A DNA stretch of 64,000 nt, taken from the NCBI GenBank assembly GCA_018666135.1, contig JABJAN010000011.1, positions 4,394-68,393 of the forward strand, written 5' to 3'. This DNA is from Alphaproteobacteria bacterium. Lineage in GTDB: Bacteria; Pseudomonadota; Alphaproteobacteria; Puniceispirillales; Puniceispirillaceae. The notes below the pieces were generated by a model, which ran no database searches, had not been told where the DNA came from, and worked only from the letters and a program-made list of their open reading frames with translations. Positions 1 through 8,058 of the stretch are shown here, piece by piece (position 1 is the stretch's first letter; every line of letters starts with the position of its first letter). A program made the position numbers and the translations under genes.

Positions 1-1
1 T

Positions 2-604
2 TTAATCGGATTACCCTTTTTTGCACCCTTATTTTCAAATAAGAAGCAAATTAGAATTTTTCTTCCCAATCTTGATAATAATCTTGGAATTGAAACAATT
101 GATAAGCTAATTTCGCCGCCCTTATTTCCAATAACACGCGACATGTTTTCTAATACCGTTAGCTTTCATAGCTTTGTTCCAGGAGAAACACTAAATCTAA
201 GCTCAGAAATTTCTATTAAGAGCTCCCTTTTCCCTCATCCCGGTCAGAATTGTGGGTATCGCATCTGCCAGTCTGGCATTAATAAATTATGCTATATTTC
301 AGATATTGAAAATAGTGACCAAAATACCCTTCAAGATGTCGTGAATTTCGCCAAGGATAGTGACCATCTTATTATCGACAGCTCTTATAATGATGAGGAA
401 ATAATTACTAAAAAAGGATGGGGACATTTAAGCCTTGGGGATATCAAAATTATCGCAAAGCAAATTCCAGAAACTCAGATATTTTTATATCATCACGACA
501 TTTTTAAATCAGATGATGCAATCATAAATGATTCAGCTCATATTTTATCTGAATGTGACAATGTAAGATTAGCCAAACAATTTGATAAAATTCAGCTAGC
601 GTAA
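2..604 (+). CDS. MBL-fold metallo-hydrolase (Lactamase_B_2 / PhnP / RNase Z-like); 5' end lies outside the window
   Basis: The frame of the listed 143..604 ORF stays open back to nt 2 with no stop, so the listed Met is probably internal. C-terminal-half MBL signatures are present: NCGYRI..LCYISD, DHLIIDSSY, GWGHLS and FLYHHD. Confidence 0.7.
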   Translation, partial: LIGLPFFAPLFSNKKQIRIFLPNLDNNLGIETIDKLISPPLFPITRDMFSNTVSFHSFVPGETLNLSSEISIKSSLFPHPGQNCGYRICQSGINKLCYISDIENSDQNTLQDVVNFAKDSDHLIIDSSYNDEEIITKKGWGHLSLGDIKIIAKQIPETQIFLYHHDIFKSDDAIINDSAHILSECDNVRLAKQFDKIQLA

Positions 605-928
605 GAATTGAAACAGGGATGTAACTCCAAGTTGAAACAATGCATCTGAACTATCGAATTTTCCACGTATGAAACTTTTTGGAATATGTGTTAATGTCAC
701 TGTGACAAGGGCTTGCGCGCCTGCAGAGCGTGGCAGATCCGAGAAAAGTGCCATTTCCCCAAAAACCTCATTATCTGACAATGTTGCAAGTGTCACATTA
801 TTACCATTTATCTCTTTCACAATTTGAATCATACCAGATTTAATTAAGAACAGACTATCTCCTGGGTCTCCTTCTTTGAAGACCCACTCTGCGCGTTCTA
901 AAATTAGTGTTGAGGGTTTATCACTCAT
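596..928 (-). CDS. Stand-alone cyclic-nucleotide-binding domain protein (canonical phosphate-binding cassette, no output domain)
   Basis: CAP/PKA-type beta-barrel pattern (FKEGDPGDSLFLIKSGMIQIV) with an intact cassette FGEMALFSDLPRSAGAQA. The ATG at 928 overlaps the upstream stop as TGATG; the track start at 931 is a TTG. Confidence 0.75.
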   Translation of the reverse strand: MSDKPSTLILERAEWVFKEGDPGDSLFLIKSGMIQIVKEINGNNVTLATLSDNEVFGEMALFSDLPRSAGAQALVTVTLTHIPKSFIRGKFDSSDALFQLGVTSLFQFLR

Positions 929-1323
929 CAAGAACCTCCAAATCCTAAATTTATTTTCGCCTTTTCAATTCGCTGAATTGTATAATCACTAACAGCTGTT
1001 AAAAACCTATCTTCTGTTTTAAATCGACTAATAAACAGATCTTTCTCGAATATATATATTTTACACTTTTCGGCAGCTATCGCCCAACATCCTAGTTGAA
1101 CATTAAGAATTAGGTTAGGTGCGTTTAAAATTACTGGACCTGTTAATGTACAAGCAGCATTTTTAGATGCTTTTGAAATCAATGCCTCATCATCAATTAA
1201 ATACACAGTCCCATGCTCTAGAAAATAACCATTATTATCCTCTGGGTCTGGCTGATAAATAATTTCATCTGCATCAACTTGTCTTTGAAATTGCATCAAA
1301 TGCATAAAGTCCATTTGCGACAT
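928..1323 (-). CDS. Hypothetical protein with a degenerate cNMP-binding-like fold
   Basis: The spacing resembles a CNB barrel (ADEIIYQPDPEDNNGYFLEHGTVYLI ... WAIAAEKCKIYIFEKDLF), but the Gly-Glu and Arg of the cassette are absent. It is translationally coupled to the downstream CNB gene. Confidence 0.45.
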   Translation of the reverse strand: MSQMDFMHLMQFQRQVDADEIIYQPDPEDNNGYFLEHGTVYLIDDEALISKASKNAACTLTGPVILNAPNLILNVQLGCWAIAAEKCKIYIFEKDLFISRFKTEDRFLTAVSDYTIQRIEKAKINLGFGGS

Positions 1324-1561
1324 GACATTTTCCTAGATAATTTTTGGTTTATTCTTGTTACACTACTATTCAAATAGTGGTTGTTCATAAGTAAATATTC
1401 AAACATTATTTTTCTAGCAACCTAACCTTATGTCTGATTAGCTCTATTTAACTTAAAAAATCTTATGCTAACTGATATGCTACAAAAGCTACAGTTTTTA
1501 TACATTTAAAGAACATAATTCATTTTAACTATTTTCCCCCTTTTTTTAAAGGATACCTATC

Positions 1562-1948
1562 ATGAATATAGAACATTTTATTTTTTCAGACGCTCCACAA
1601 AGAGTAGGACCCTTCAGCCATGCGGTTAGAGCTGGTGAGTTTTTATTTGTAACTGGTCAAATGCCAACCTTAAAAGATGACAAGTCTGTTTTGGTATCAG
1701 GCGGTATAGAAGCGCAAACTACTCAAGTAATGGAAAATTTAGACGATGTATTAAAACACGCAAATACAAATTTTGATAAGGTGATTTTTGCCAGAGTATA
1801 TTTAGTAAATTTTCAAGATTTTGATAAGATGAATGCAATATATGAGCGTTATTTTACCCCTGGCAAACTGCCTGCTAGAACCTGTATTGGGGTTACTGGT
1901 TTAGCTGTTGGTGCATCTGTAGAAATTGATTTTATTGTCGCACTCTAA
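1562..1948 (+). CDS. ridA: RidA/YjgF family reactive-intermediate deaminase
   Basis: 128 aa with GPFSHAV..GEFLFVTGQ and the C-terminal PARTCIGVTGL..GASVEID motif, which includes the conserved Arg. Confidence 0.85.
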   Translation: MNIEHFIFSDAPQRVGPFSHAVRAGEFLFVTGQMPTLKDDKSVLVSGGIEAQTTQVMENLDDVLKHANTNFDKVIFARVYLVNFQDFDKMNAIYERYFTPGKLPARTCIGVTGLAVGASVEIDFIVAL

Positions 1949-1978
1949 TCCTTATATACGCACTTATCATGATTACTC

Positions 1979-2401
1979 TTAGCCGCAATATGATGGCATA
2001 ATACCATTATAATCCCCTGATTTTTTTTGCGTTTCTGCATAAAATCCATCTTCAGCATATCTCTTGCACCTGCCACAATAACCATCCTTAATTAGATATT
2101 TTCCTATATCTCCTAATTCTGCTATCGCACATCGACCAATTAACCTATCATATGAGACCTGTCCATTTAACCTGCATATAGCTTGCTTCCCTGATAATAA
2201 ATGATGCAATATTATGCGCGCTTCCTGTCCTTTTGCGGTATTTAATTCATCACAAGTCAGGCCTTGAATCCGGATAGGAATTTGCCCTACTTCTATTGTG
2301 TCCCCATCTCTTATTTTTGTAACAGGCCCTTCCAAAATGGCTTGCGCAAATAAGGGCTTTACCAGGACGTATAGTAAAAAAATAATAACCAGATACCGCA
2401 T
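1979..2401 (-). CDS. Secreted thermonuclease (SNase) family protein
   Basis: Signal peptide MRYLVIIFLLYVLVKPLFAQA. SNase-like DGDTIEV..IRIQGL.CDE and YDRLIGRC motifs, followed by a Cys-rich C-terminal tail. Confidence 0.65.
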   Translation of the reverse strand: MRYLVIIFLLYVLVKPLFAQAILEGPVTKIRDGDTIEVGQIPIRIQGLTCDELNTAKGQEARIILHHLLSGKQAICRLNGQVSYDRLIGRCAIAELGDIGKYLIKDGYCGRCKRYAEDGFYAETQKKSGDYNGIMPSYCG

Positions 2402-2546
2402 TGAACACTCTTTAAATAAACGTATAATTACATAAGAATACGCTTATATAAATATCACACAAGCCGTTTATCTGGCGTATTCATATGGATAAAAAGAGTT
2501 AAGCAAAACTAGGCTCAGAAGCTTAAGGTGAGAGTAAGAAGCATTA

Positions 2547-3881
2547 TTATTTTTTCAATATTTTAAGACGTGTTTTAGAAACAGCATTCGCATGCGCGTC
2601 AAATCCTTCATATCGTGCAAAAATCTCCGTTTTTGGCGCAACTTCTTTAAACCCGCTTTCAGTCACCTTGCCAATCGATATTGTTTTCATAAAATCCATT
2701 ACCCCTAAAGGGGAATGAATTGCCGCCGCTCCTGAAGTTGGTAATACACAATTTGGTCCAAGCAAGTAATTGGCAAGAGAACCTGCACTATAAACACCAA
2801 GCATGATCTCGGATGCATTTATAATTGATGGAACATAGCTCTCAGCCTCCTCTGATAAGATCTGGAGATGTTCAGGCGCATAGTCATTCACAAATTGAAT
2901 GGCTTGTGTTTTGTTTTCGGCTATTACAATCCCTCCTTGTCGACTAGATAATACGGCGGTAGCATATCTAGCCCTCTCCTCTGAAATCTGGGAGAGATAA
3001 AAGGGTATTTTTTCACGTATTTGTTCTGCCAATTTTTCCGACCAAGTTACGATAAAGCCAGATGAATCTTCGCCATGTTCACATTCTATCAAAATATCAA
3101 GTGCTGCCAGAGCTGGGTCAATTGTATCATCAACCAAAATCATTGCCTCGCTTGGACCTGCTGGCAAACGAGAACTAATTTTAGATGCAAGGAGCTGTTT
3201 TGCAGCAATAAACCATGGGCTTCCAGGACCTTCAATTTTTAAACATTTGGGGATAGATTCAGTGCCAAATGCGGCGGCAGCCACTGCTTGTGCTCCCCCT
3301 GCTTTAGCCACTAATTCAACACCCGCAAGCCTTGCAGCTACCAGCGTTGCGGGGTCAACCATGCCGTCTGGTCCTGGCGGTGTTAATATAACGGGTTCTG
3401 CAACACCGGCTACGATTGCTGGTATTGATGTCATCAAGGTTACAGAAGGAAAAGATCCTTTTCCACGCGGAGAATAAAGAGCAACAGGGCTAATTGGTAC
3501 TGTTTTTTCTCCTACATGAACGCCAGGTCTAATTTCAACTCGCCAGTTAGGGTCAGGTTTTTGATATTCGTGAAAACGGCGAATATTATCAGCAGCATAT
3601 TCAAGTGTATCAATAAATTTTGTATCAAGCTTATCAAAGGCAGCGTTAAAATCTTGTTTTGTCGCCATAATCGTTTTTGCTGTTAGCGCGTTTGCTTTAT
3701 CAAATTGGGCTCCAAATCTTGCAATTGCAGTATCTCCTTCTAATCGTACTGCCTCTATTATTTCAGGAACGCGATCAAGAAAAAAGCTCAGATCATCTTC
3801 TGTTCTTTTAAGCAAATCTGAATAATCATCTGATGACAGAGTAGATAGACGATACACGCTAAATGAAGTTTGGTTTGACAT
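2547..3881 (-). CDS. Histidinol dehydrogenase-family NAD-dependent oxidoreductase (divergent HisD paralogue or HisD)
   Basis: 444 aa that aligns along its full length to HisD as I recall it (AGPSE, ECEHG, APEHLQIL, GPNCVLPT, DAHANAV). Non-canonical residues are described in the findings. Confidence 0.8.
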   Translation of the reverse strand: MSNQTSFSVYRLSTLSSDDYSDLLKRTEDDLSFFLDRVPEIIEAVRLEGDTAIARFGAQFDKANALTAKTIMATKQDFNAAFDKLDTKFIDTLEYAADNIRRFHEYQKPDPNWRVEIRPGVHVGEKTVPISPVALYSPRGKGSFPSVTLMTSIPAIVAGVAEPVILTPPGPDGMVDPATLVAARLAGVELVAKAGGAQAVAAAAFGTESIPKCLKIEGPGSPWFIAAKQLLASKISSRLPAGPSEAMILVDDTIDPALAALDILIECEHGEDSSGFIVTWSEKLAEQIREKIPFYLSQISEERARYATAVLSSRQGGIVIAENKTQAIQFVNDYAPEHLQILSEEAESYVPSIINASEIMLGVYSAGSLANYLLGPNCVLPTSGAAAIHSPLGVMDFMKTISIGKVTESGFKEVAPKTEIFARYEGFDAHANAVSKTRLKILKK

Positions 3882-4012
3882 TGTTTATTACTTTTTTCCA
3901 AAATGAGCTGTCGGGCAATTCGCTTAATAAAAAGACTAAACCGCTATAAAAAGATAACGCAGAAAGCGTATTTTTCAAATAGCGCTATACTAGTTAAATT
4001 TAGCTTTATTCT

Positions 4013-4342
4013 CTATTCTAAATTCAGCGTAAAAATATTTCTAGCTTGTTTATCTTGAACAGAAATCACCCAACAATCTGGATCTCTATTAATTTCCCTT
4101 GTAATTTGCTCTGTGATTATATGCGCAGGTTGTGGGGCGCCATTATTCAAACATTCCCAAATTTCATTGTCATCAAAATCAAATCTTCTATGAAAAAGAT
4201 GCACATTCTCTCTGCTTGTCTCTAGCTCCAGAAAAATGGCACCTGCATCTGGGTCTCCTTTTTTATGAACACAGGCAGAAATAGCATGATTATCTGCATT
4301 GCGCAGTGCAGCAGACACAATAAAGTTAGTTTTAAGCCTCAT
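4013..4342 (-). CDS. DUF1491 family protein
   Basis: The start MRLKTNFIVSAALR matches my recollection of DUF1491 N-termini. The track start at 4378 is a TTG, and the ATG at 4342 is more likely. Confidence 0.55.
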   Translation of the reverse strand: MRLKTNFIVSAALRNADNHAISACVHKKGDPDAGAIFLELETSRENVHLFHRRFDFDDNEIWECLNNGAPQPAHIITEQITREINRDPDCWVISVQDKQARNIFTLNLE

Positions 4343-4411
4343 AACTAAACATTCTGTTTCCAACTGATTGGCACACAAAACCCATATATTTATGGTTCTG
4401 TAACGCCCTTT

Positions 4412-4687
4412 TTAAAAATCGGTGCATCTGCCTTTTTGCTCCCAGTCACCATATCTTGTAGGCTCTGGTCCCTTTGGCCCGCCCGTTTCAGTAACCAGAT
4501 TCGGGTCTGAGCTTATTTCCACTGCCACATCTGACATATCATTTGCTAGATTTTCTTTCTCCCCTGAATTATCAAATGATTCCTCTGATAAGCTGCTTAC
4601 AGGCTTGGATAGCAAAATCGAGGCGTCTATATCTAATTTAGAATTTGGTTCAACATTAGTTTGGTTTTTGGCGCGCTTAGAGGTCAA
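4412..4687 (-). CDS. DUF1674 protein (SDHAF4-like succinate dehydrogenase assembly factor)
   Basis: The C-terminal motif GGPKGPEPTRYGDWEQKGRCTDF is the hallmark of DUF1674. Confidence 0.85.
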   Translation of the reverse strand: MTSKRAKNQTNVEPNSKLDIDASILLSKPVSSLSEESFDNSGEKENLANDMSDVAVEISSDPNLVTETGGPKGPEPTRYGDWEQKGRCTDF

Positions 4688-4871
4688 TTTATTACCCTTT
4701 AAAAGTTAGTTGTAGTTTTTACTCCCTAAAAACTGGATAGCATGCTACTGATTTACAAGGCTAGTAAATCATTTAGTCATTATCTTTTTACATTTTTACG
4801 CCAACTCAATTATTTTTATTCGCTAGGTAAATGACCCTCTTTTTTGAAAAACTTCTTCCAAACTATTCAAT

Positions 4872-6209
4872 ATGATACAAAAAACAGACACAACATCACG
4901 TAAAATCAGCCTTGATATTCTTCATGCGATTTTAAATAATGAAGCACTTGCGCATGAGTTATTTACCAATGACAGCCCATGGGGTGAACTGTCAACGAGG
5001 GATAGGGGGTTTGCACGTCTTTTGGTAATGAGTTCAATTCGCCATTATGGTCAGCTAAATATCTGTATCAATTCTTTTTTAAAAAAACCCCCTAAACCAA
5101 AATTACGAACCATTTTATTACTTGGTGCAACTCAGTTACTGGTTCTGAAAACCGAACCACATGCAGCTATCCATACCAGTGTTTCACTGGCAAGGCAGGT
5201 AACGGGTGATGCCTATACAGGCTTAGTAAATGCGGTGCTGAGAAAAATCTCGCAAACTGGAAAAACAATATTTGATACAACTAACCCGATTGATAATTTA
5301 CCTTATGACTTCAGAGATGATTGGGTGTTAAATTGGGGGAAAGTAGCCGTTGAGCAAATTATGTCCCTTGCCCAAAAACAAGCCCCTCTTGATATCACCT
5401 TAAAGCATACATCTTCTCAAATGATATCTCACTGGTGCAAAAAATTATCTGCAAAACCACTCTCCGCAAATAGTCTTAGATGTACTCCTGTCTCTGATGT
5501 TGCAGAATTACCTGGCTATGAAACTGGGGAATGGTGGGTGCAAGATTGCGCAGCAGCGATGCCTGCGCGCTTGATGGGAGATGTCTCTGGAAAAGATATT
5601 ATAGATTTATGTGCAGCTCCTGGCGGTAAAACAGCGCAACTTATTTCAGCTGGGGCAAATGTAACAGCCATAGACCAAAGCGCATCACGAATAACCCGTT
5701 TGGATGAAAATTTGAGCAGGCTGTGTCTTGATGCAGAAATCATTTGTGCAGACGGGCGATTGTTTGAGCCTTTGCGGCTAGTAGATGGTGTGCTGTTGGA
5801 TGCGCCATGCTCTGCGACAGGTACTCTGCGCCGAAGACCAGATGTTTTGTTTGGCAAAACCTCTAAACAGATATCAGAGCTGCAGTCTCTGCAAATAGAG
5901 CTCGCATTGACAGCGGCAAAATGGATCAAAGCAGGTGGAATCTTAATTTATGCTACCTGCTCTTTGCAAAAGCAAGAAGGAGAAGATGTCATCGAAGCCC
6001 TATTATCAGATTCCAACTCAAGACTTTTAATTGACCCTATTTCTGAAAAGGAAGCTGGCGCTTTTTTTACGCCCACGCCACAAAAAACGGCTAATCACAT
6101 AACCAACACTACAGACTATCTTCGAATATTACCAAACCAGTTAATTTCTAATAAAGTGGATATAGACGGTAATGATGGTTTTTTTATTGCTAGATTTAAA
6201 GTAAAATAA
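4872..6209 (+). CDS. rsmB: 16S rRNA (cytosine967-C5)-methyltransferase
   Basis: NusB-like N-terminus, SAM motif DLCAAPGGKT, and catalytic Cys motifs DAPCSATG and ATCSL. Confidence 0.9.
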   Translation: MIQKTDTTSRKISLDILHAILNNEALAHELFTNDSPWGELSTRDRGFARLLVMSSIRHYGQLNICINSFLKKPPKPKLRTILLLGATQLLVLKTEPHAAIHTSVSLARQVTGDAYTGLVNAVLRKISQTGKTIFDTTNPIDNLPYDFRDDWVLNWGKVAVEQIMSLAQKQAPLDITLKHTSSQMISHWCKKLSAKPLSANSLRCTPVSDVAELPGYETGEWWVQDCAAAMPARLMGDVSGKDIIDLCAAPGGKTAQLISAGANVTAIDQSASRITRLDENLSRLCLDAEIICADGRLFEPLRLVDGVLLDAPCSATGTLRRRPDVLFGKTSKQISELQSLQIELALTAAKWIKAGGILIYATCSLQKQEGEDVIEALLSDSNSRLLIDPISEKEAGAFFTPTPQKTANHITNTTDYLRILPNQLISNKVDIDGNDGFFIARFKVK

Positions 6210-6332
6210 CGGCTAGCAAAAAATTATATTTTAGCTCTATTATCATACCAATATTGGTATTTATATCTGTGATATTGAGAATAAACAGTGTAAATGCAAT
6301 AAAATAAATATAACAAAACTGGAAGATCTATT

Positions 6333-7913
6333 GTGAGCCTGCATTTAGAGAAAACAGAACAATCTGCAAGCTATTTTAAACAATTATATAGACGCTCTGG
6401 GCTATTCAGATGGCAATTAAAGCCTTCTTTTCCTGTTGATATTAATCGATTTATTCCGCCATCTGACCCTTGGCGCGGTATAGCCAAAAACGGTCAAGAT
6501 ATTCTGCATTCTGGGCTTCCTAGCGACAGAAATGTGCCTGCGTATTTTACCTTTGATTGGCTTCGAGATATAAGAGACTTTGGAGGAGATAGGGCAAGAA
6601 AATTTGCACGGGACGAAATCACATATTGGCTTTCAGAAAATACTAGCTGGGATGCAAATCGCTGGCACCCAAAATTTTTAGGAGATAGGCTAAGCAATCT
6701 TATTTTTGTGTATAAATGGTATGCAAGCTCTGCCTCTGAAAATTTTCAACTAAAATTATTATCACAGTTGGCAGTAGAATCTCAGTGTTTAGCGCTTGAT
6801 TGGCAGAATCAATCTACAATTGATGACCAGATATCCTCACTGCGAGGATTGCTAATCACGCAATCTGCCTTTAATGCAAAACCATCAGAAATGCGCCCTT
6901 TAATTCAAATTTTTGAACGCAAAGTAAATGAAGTTTTAAATCAGGATGGGGGTCATATTTCTCGCCAGCCAGAAACCCATTTTCAAGTTATGACACAGAT
7001 ATTTGAGTGTCGTGTTGCCATTGCACAAGCTGGTATCACGGATGTTTTATCTCTTGATAATACACTTACTAAGATGGGTGCAATCGCAAAAATGTGGCGC
7101 TCTGGGGCAGGTAATTTTGCTCATTTTCATGGTGCTGGCATAACCAATGCATCTCGAATAGAAGATGTTGTAAAGAGATGCGGTCCTGCAGGAAAAGTAA
7201 CTCGCCATGCTAAACAAACAGGTTTTGTTCGTTTATCATCAGGCAGAACTACACTTATTATGGATTGTGCGGCGCCCGTAAGACCAATTCCATTTAATGC
7301 AGCTAGCATTGCCAGTTTTGAAGTGCATCTAGGAAGCACGCCCTTCATTGTTAATGCAGGTCAATTATCAAACGAAAAGGGCGTAAATGCAGCTTTTTGC
7401 AAAACCGCGGCACATACCGCATTAACATTAGATAATTTAAACAACTGCATTGATGCGCATGACAACCATGATATCGTTAGCGCCTTAGATATTGGACCAG
7501 CAACAGGTGGTATGCTTACTCGTTTGGTTCATGATGGCTATCTGAGTTCACATGGAATCTCTCATGAACGACAAATTTATCTTACCACTGGCGGCGGTAA
7601 TATTCGCGGCTCAGACACCCTTAGATATAAAGGTAGCCCAGGAAAAATTCCCAAGACCTGTATCATCCGCTTTCATTTACATCCAAGAGTCAGCTCTGCC
7701 ATGGTTAATAATGGTTCCATTGTAATCAAAATCAGTTCGCAAAAAGCAGGGTGGGTGTTTAAATGTAGAGGCGCTAATCCAGTTCTTGAGCCTTCGGTCT
7801 ATTTTGAAGGCAGTCAGAGATTAAGCTGTCAGCAAATTACTTTACGAATTTATGCAGAAGATATTCGCCAGCTTTCTGAGAAATCTATAAATTGGTCGTT
7901 CAAAAGACAATAG
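6333..7913 (+). CDS. Heparinase II/III-family protein (conserved alphaproteobacterial protein of unknown role)
   Basis: 526 aa with a GTG start. The position between rsmB and purH matches the usual alphaproteobacterial neighbourhood. The family call is from recollection only. Confidence 0.55.
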   Translation: MSLHLEKTEQSASYFKQLYRRSGLFRWQLKPSFPVDINRFIPPSDPWRGIAKNGQDILHSGLPSDRNVPAYFTFDWLRDIRDFGGDRARKFARDEITYWLSENTSWDANRWHPKFLGDRLSNLIFVYKWYASSASENFQLKLLSQLAVESQCLALDWQNQSTIDDQISSLRGLLITQSAFNAKPSEMRPLIQIFERKVNEVLNQDGGHISRQPETHFQVMTQIFECRVAIAQAGITDVLSLDNTLTKMGAIAKMWRSGAGNFAHFHGAGITNASRIEDVVKRCGPAGKVTRHAKQTGFVRLSSGRTTLIMDCAAPVRPIPFNAASIASFEVHLGSTPFIVNAGQLSNEKGVNAAFCKTAAHTALTLDNLNNCIDAHDNHDIVSALDIGPATGGMLTRLVHDGYLSSHGISHERQIYLTTGGGNIRGSDTLRYKGSPGKIPKTCIIRFHLHPRVSSAMVNNGSIVIKISSQKAGWVFKCRGANPVLEPSVYFEGSQRLSCQQITLRIYAEDIRQLSEKSINWSFKRQ

Positions 7914-8058
7914 GTTTTCTTTTGTATTATGCAAATATCATGATGATTAGGTATTTTTTTATGATCATTCTGCTTTTTAGATGACAAATCAATTGCACCT
8001 GACTAGCTGCTTTGCCATAACATAAAAAAATCTAAAAATATTCAAAGTTAGAAAAATC

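Noticed and set aside
1-144. Minus-strand reading frame open from an ATG at 144 to the window edge (48 aa)
   Set aside because: The composition is not protein-like. The same DNA is better explained by the plus-strand MBL-fold frame, which is open from nt 2 and continues into recognisable motifs.
2436-2482. 8-bp inverted repeat GAATACGC...GCGTATTC downstream of the HisD-like gene
   Set aside because: It has a 31-nt loop and no T run, so it is unlikely to be a terminator or a stable element.
3247-3477. 76-aa plus-strand ORF inside the HisD-like gene. Similar antisense ORFs occur at 5516..5929, 8940..9251, 11897..12322, 41774..42133, 45593..45964 and 61579..61953.
   Set aside because: These are shadow ORFs antisense to well-supported genes. 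They are low-complexity or Ala/Ser/Pro-rich translations with no motifs.
7914-8058. Possible ZTP/purine riboswitch upstream of purH, and likewise at 47957..48090 upstream of purD
   Set aside because: Both leaders are AT-rich. They lack the GC-rich conserved cores (for example GGGTCGTGAC...CCGCCTGGGCA for ZTP) and have no convincing stems.
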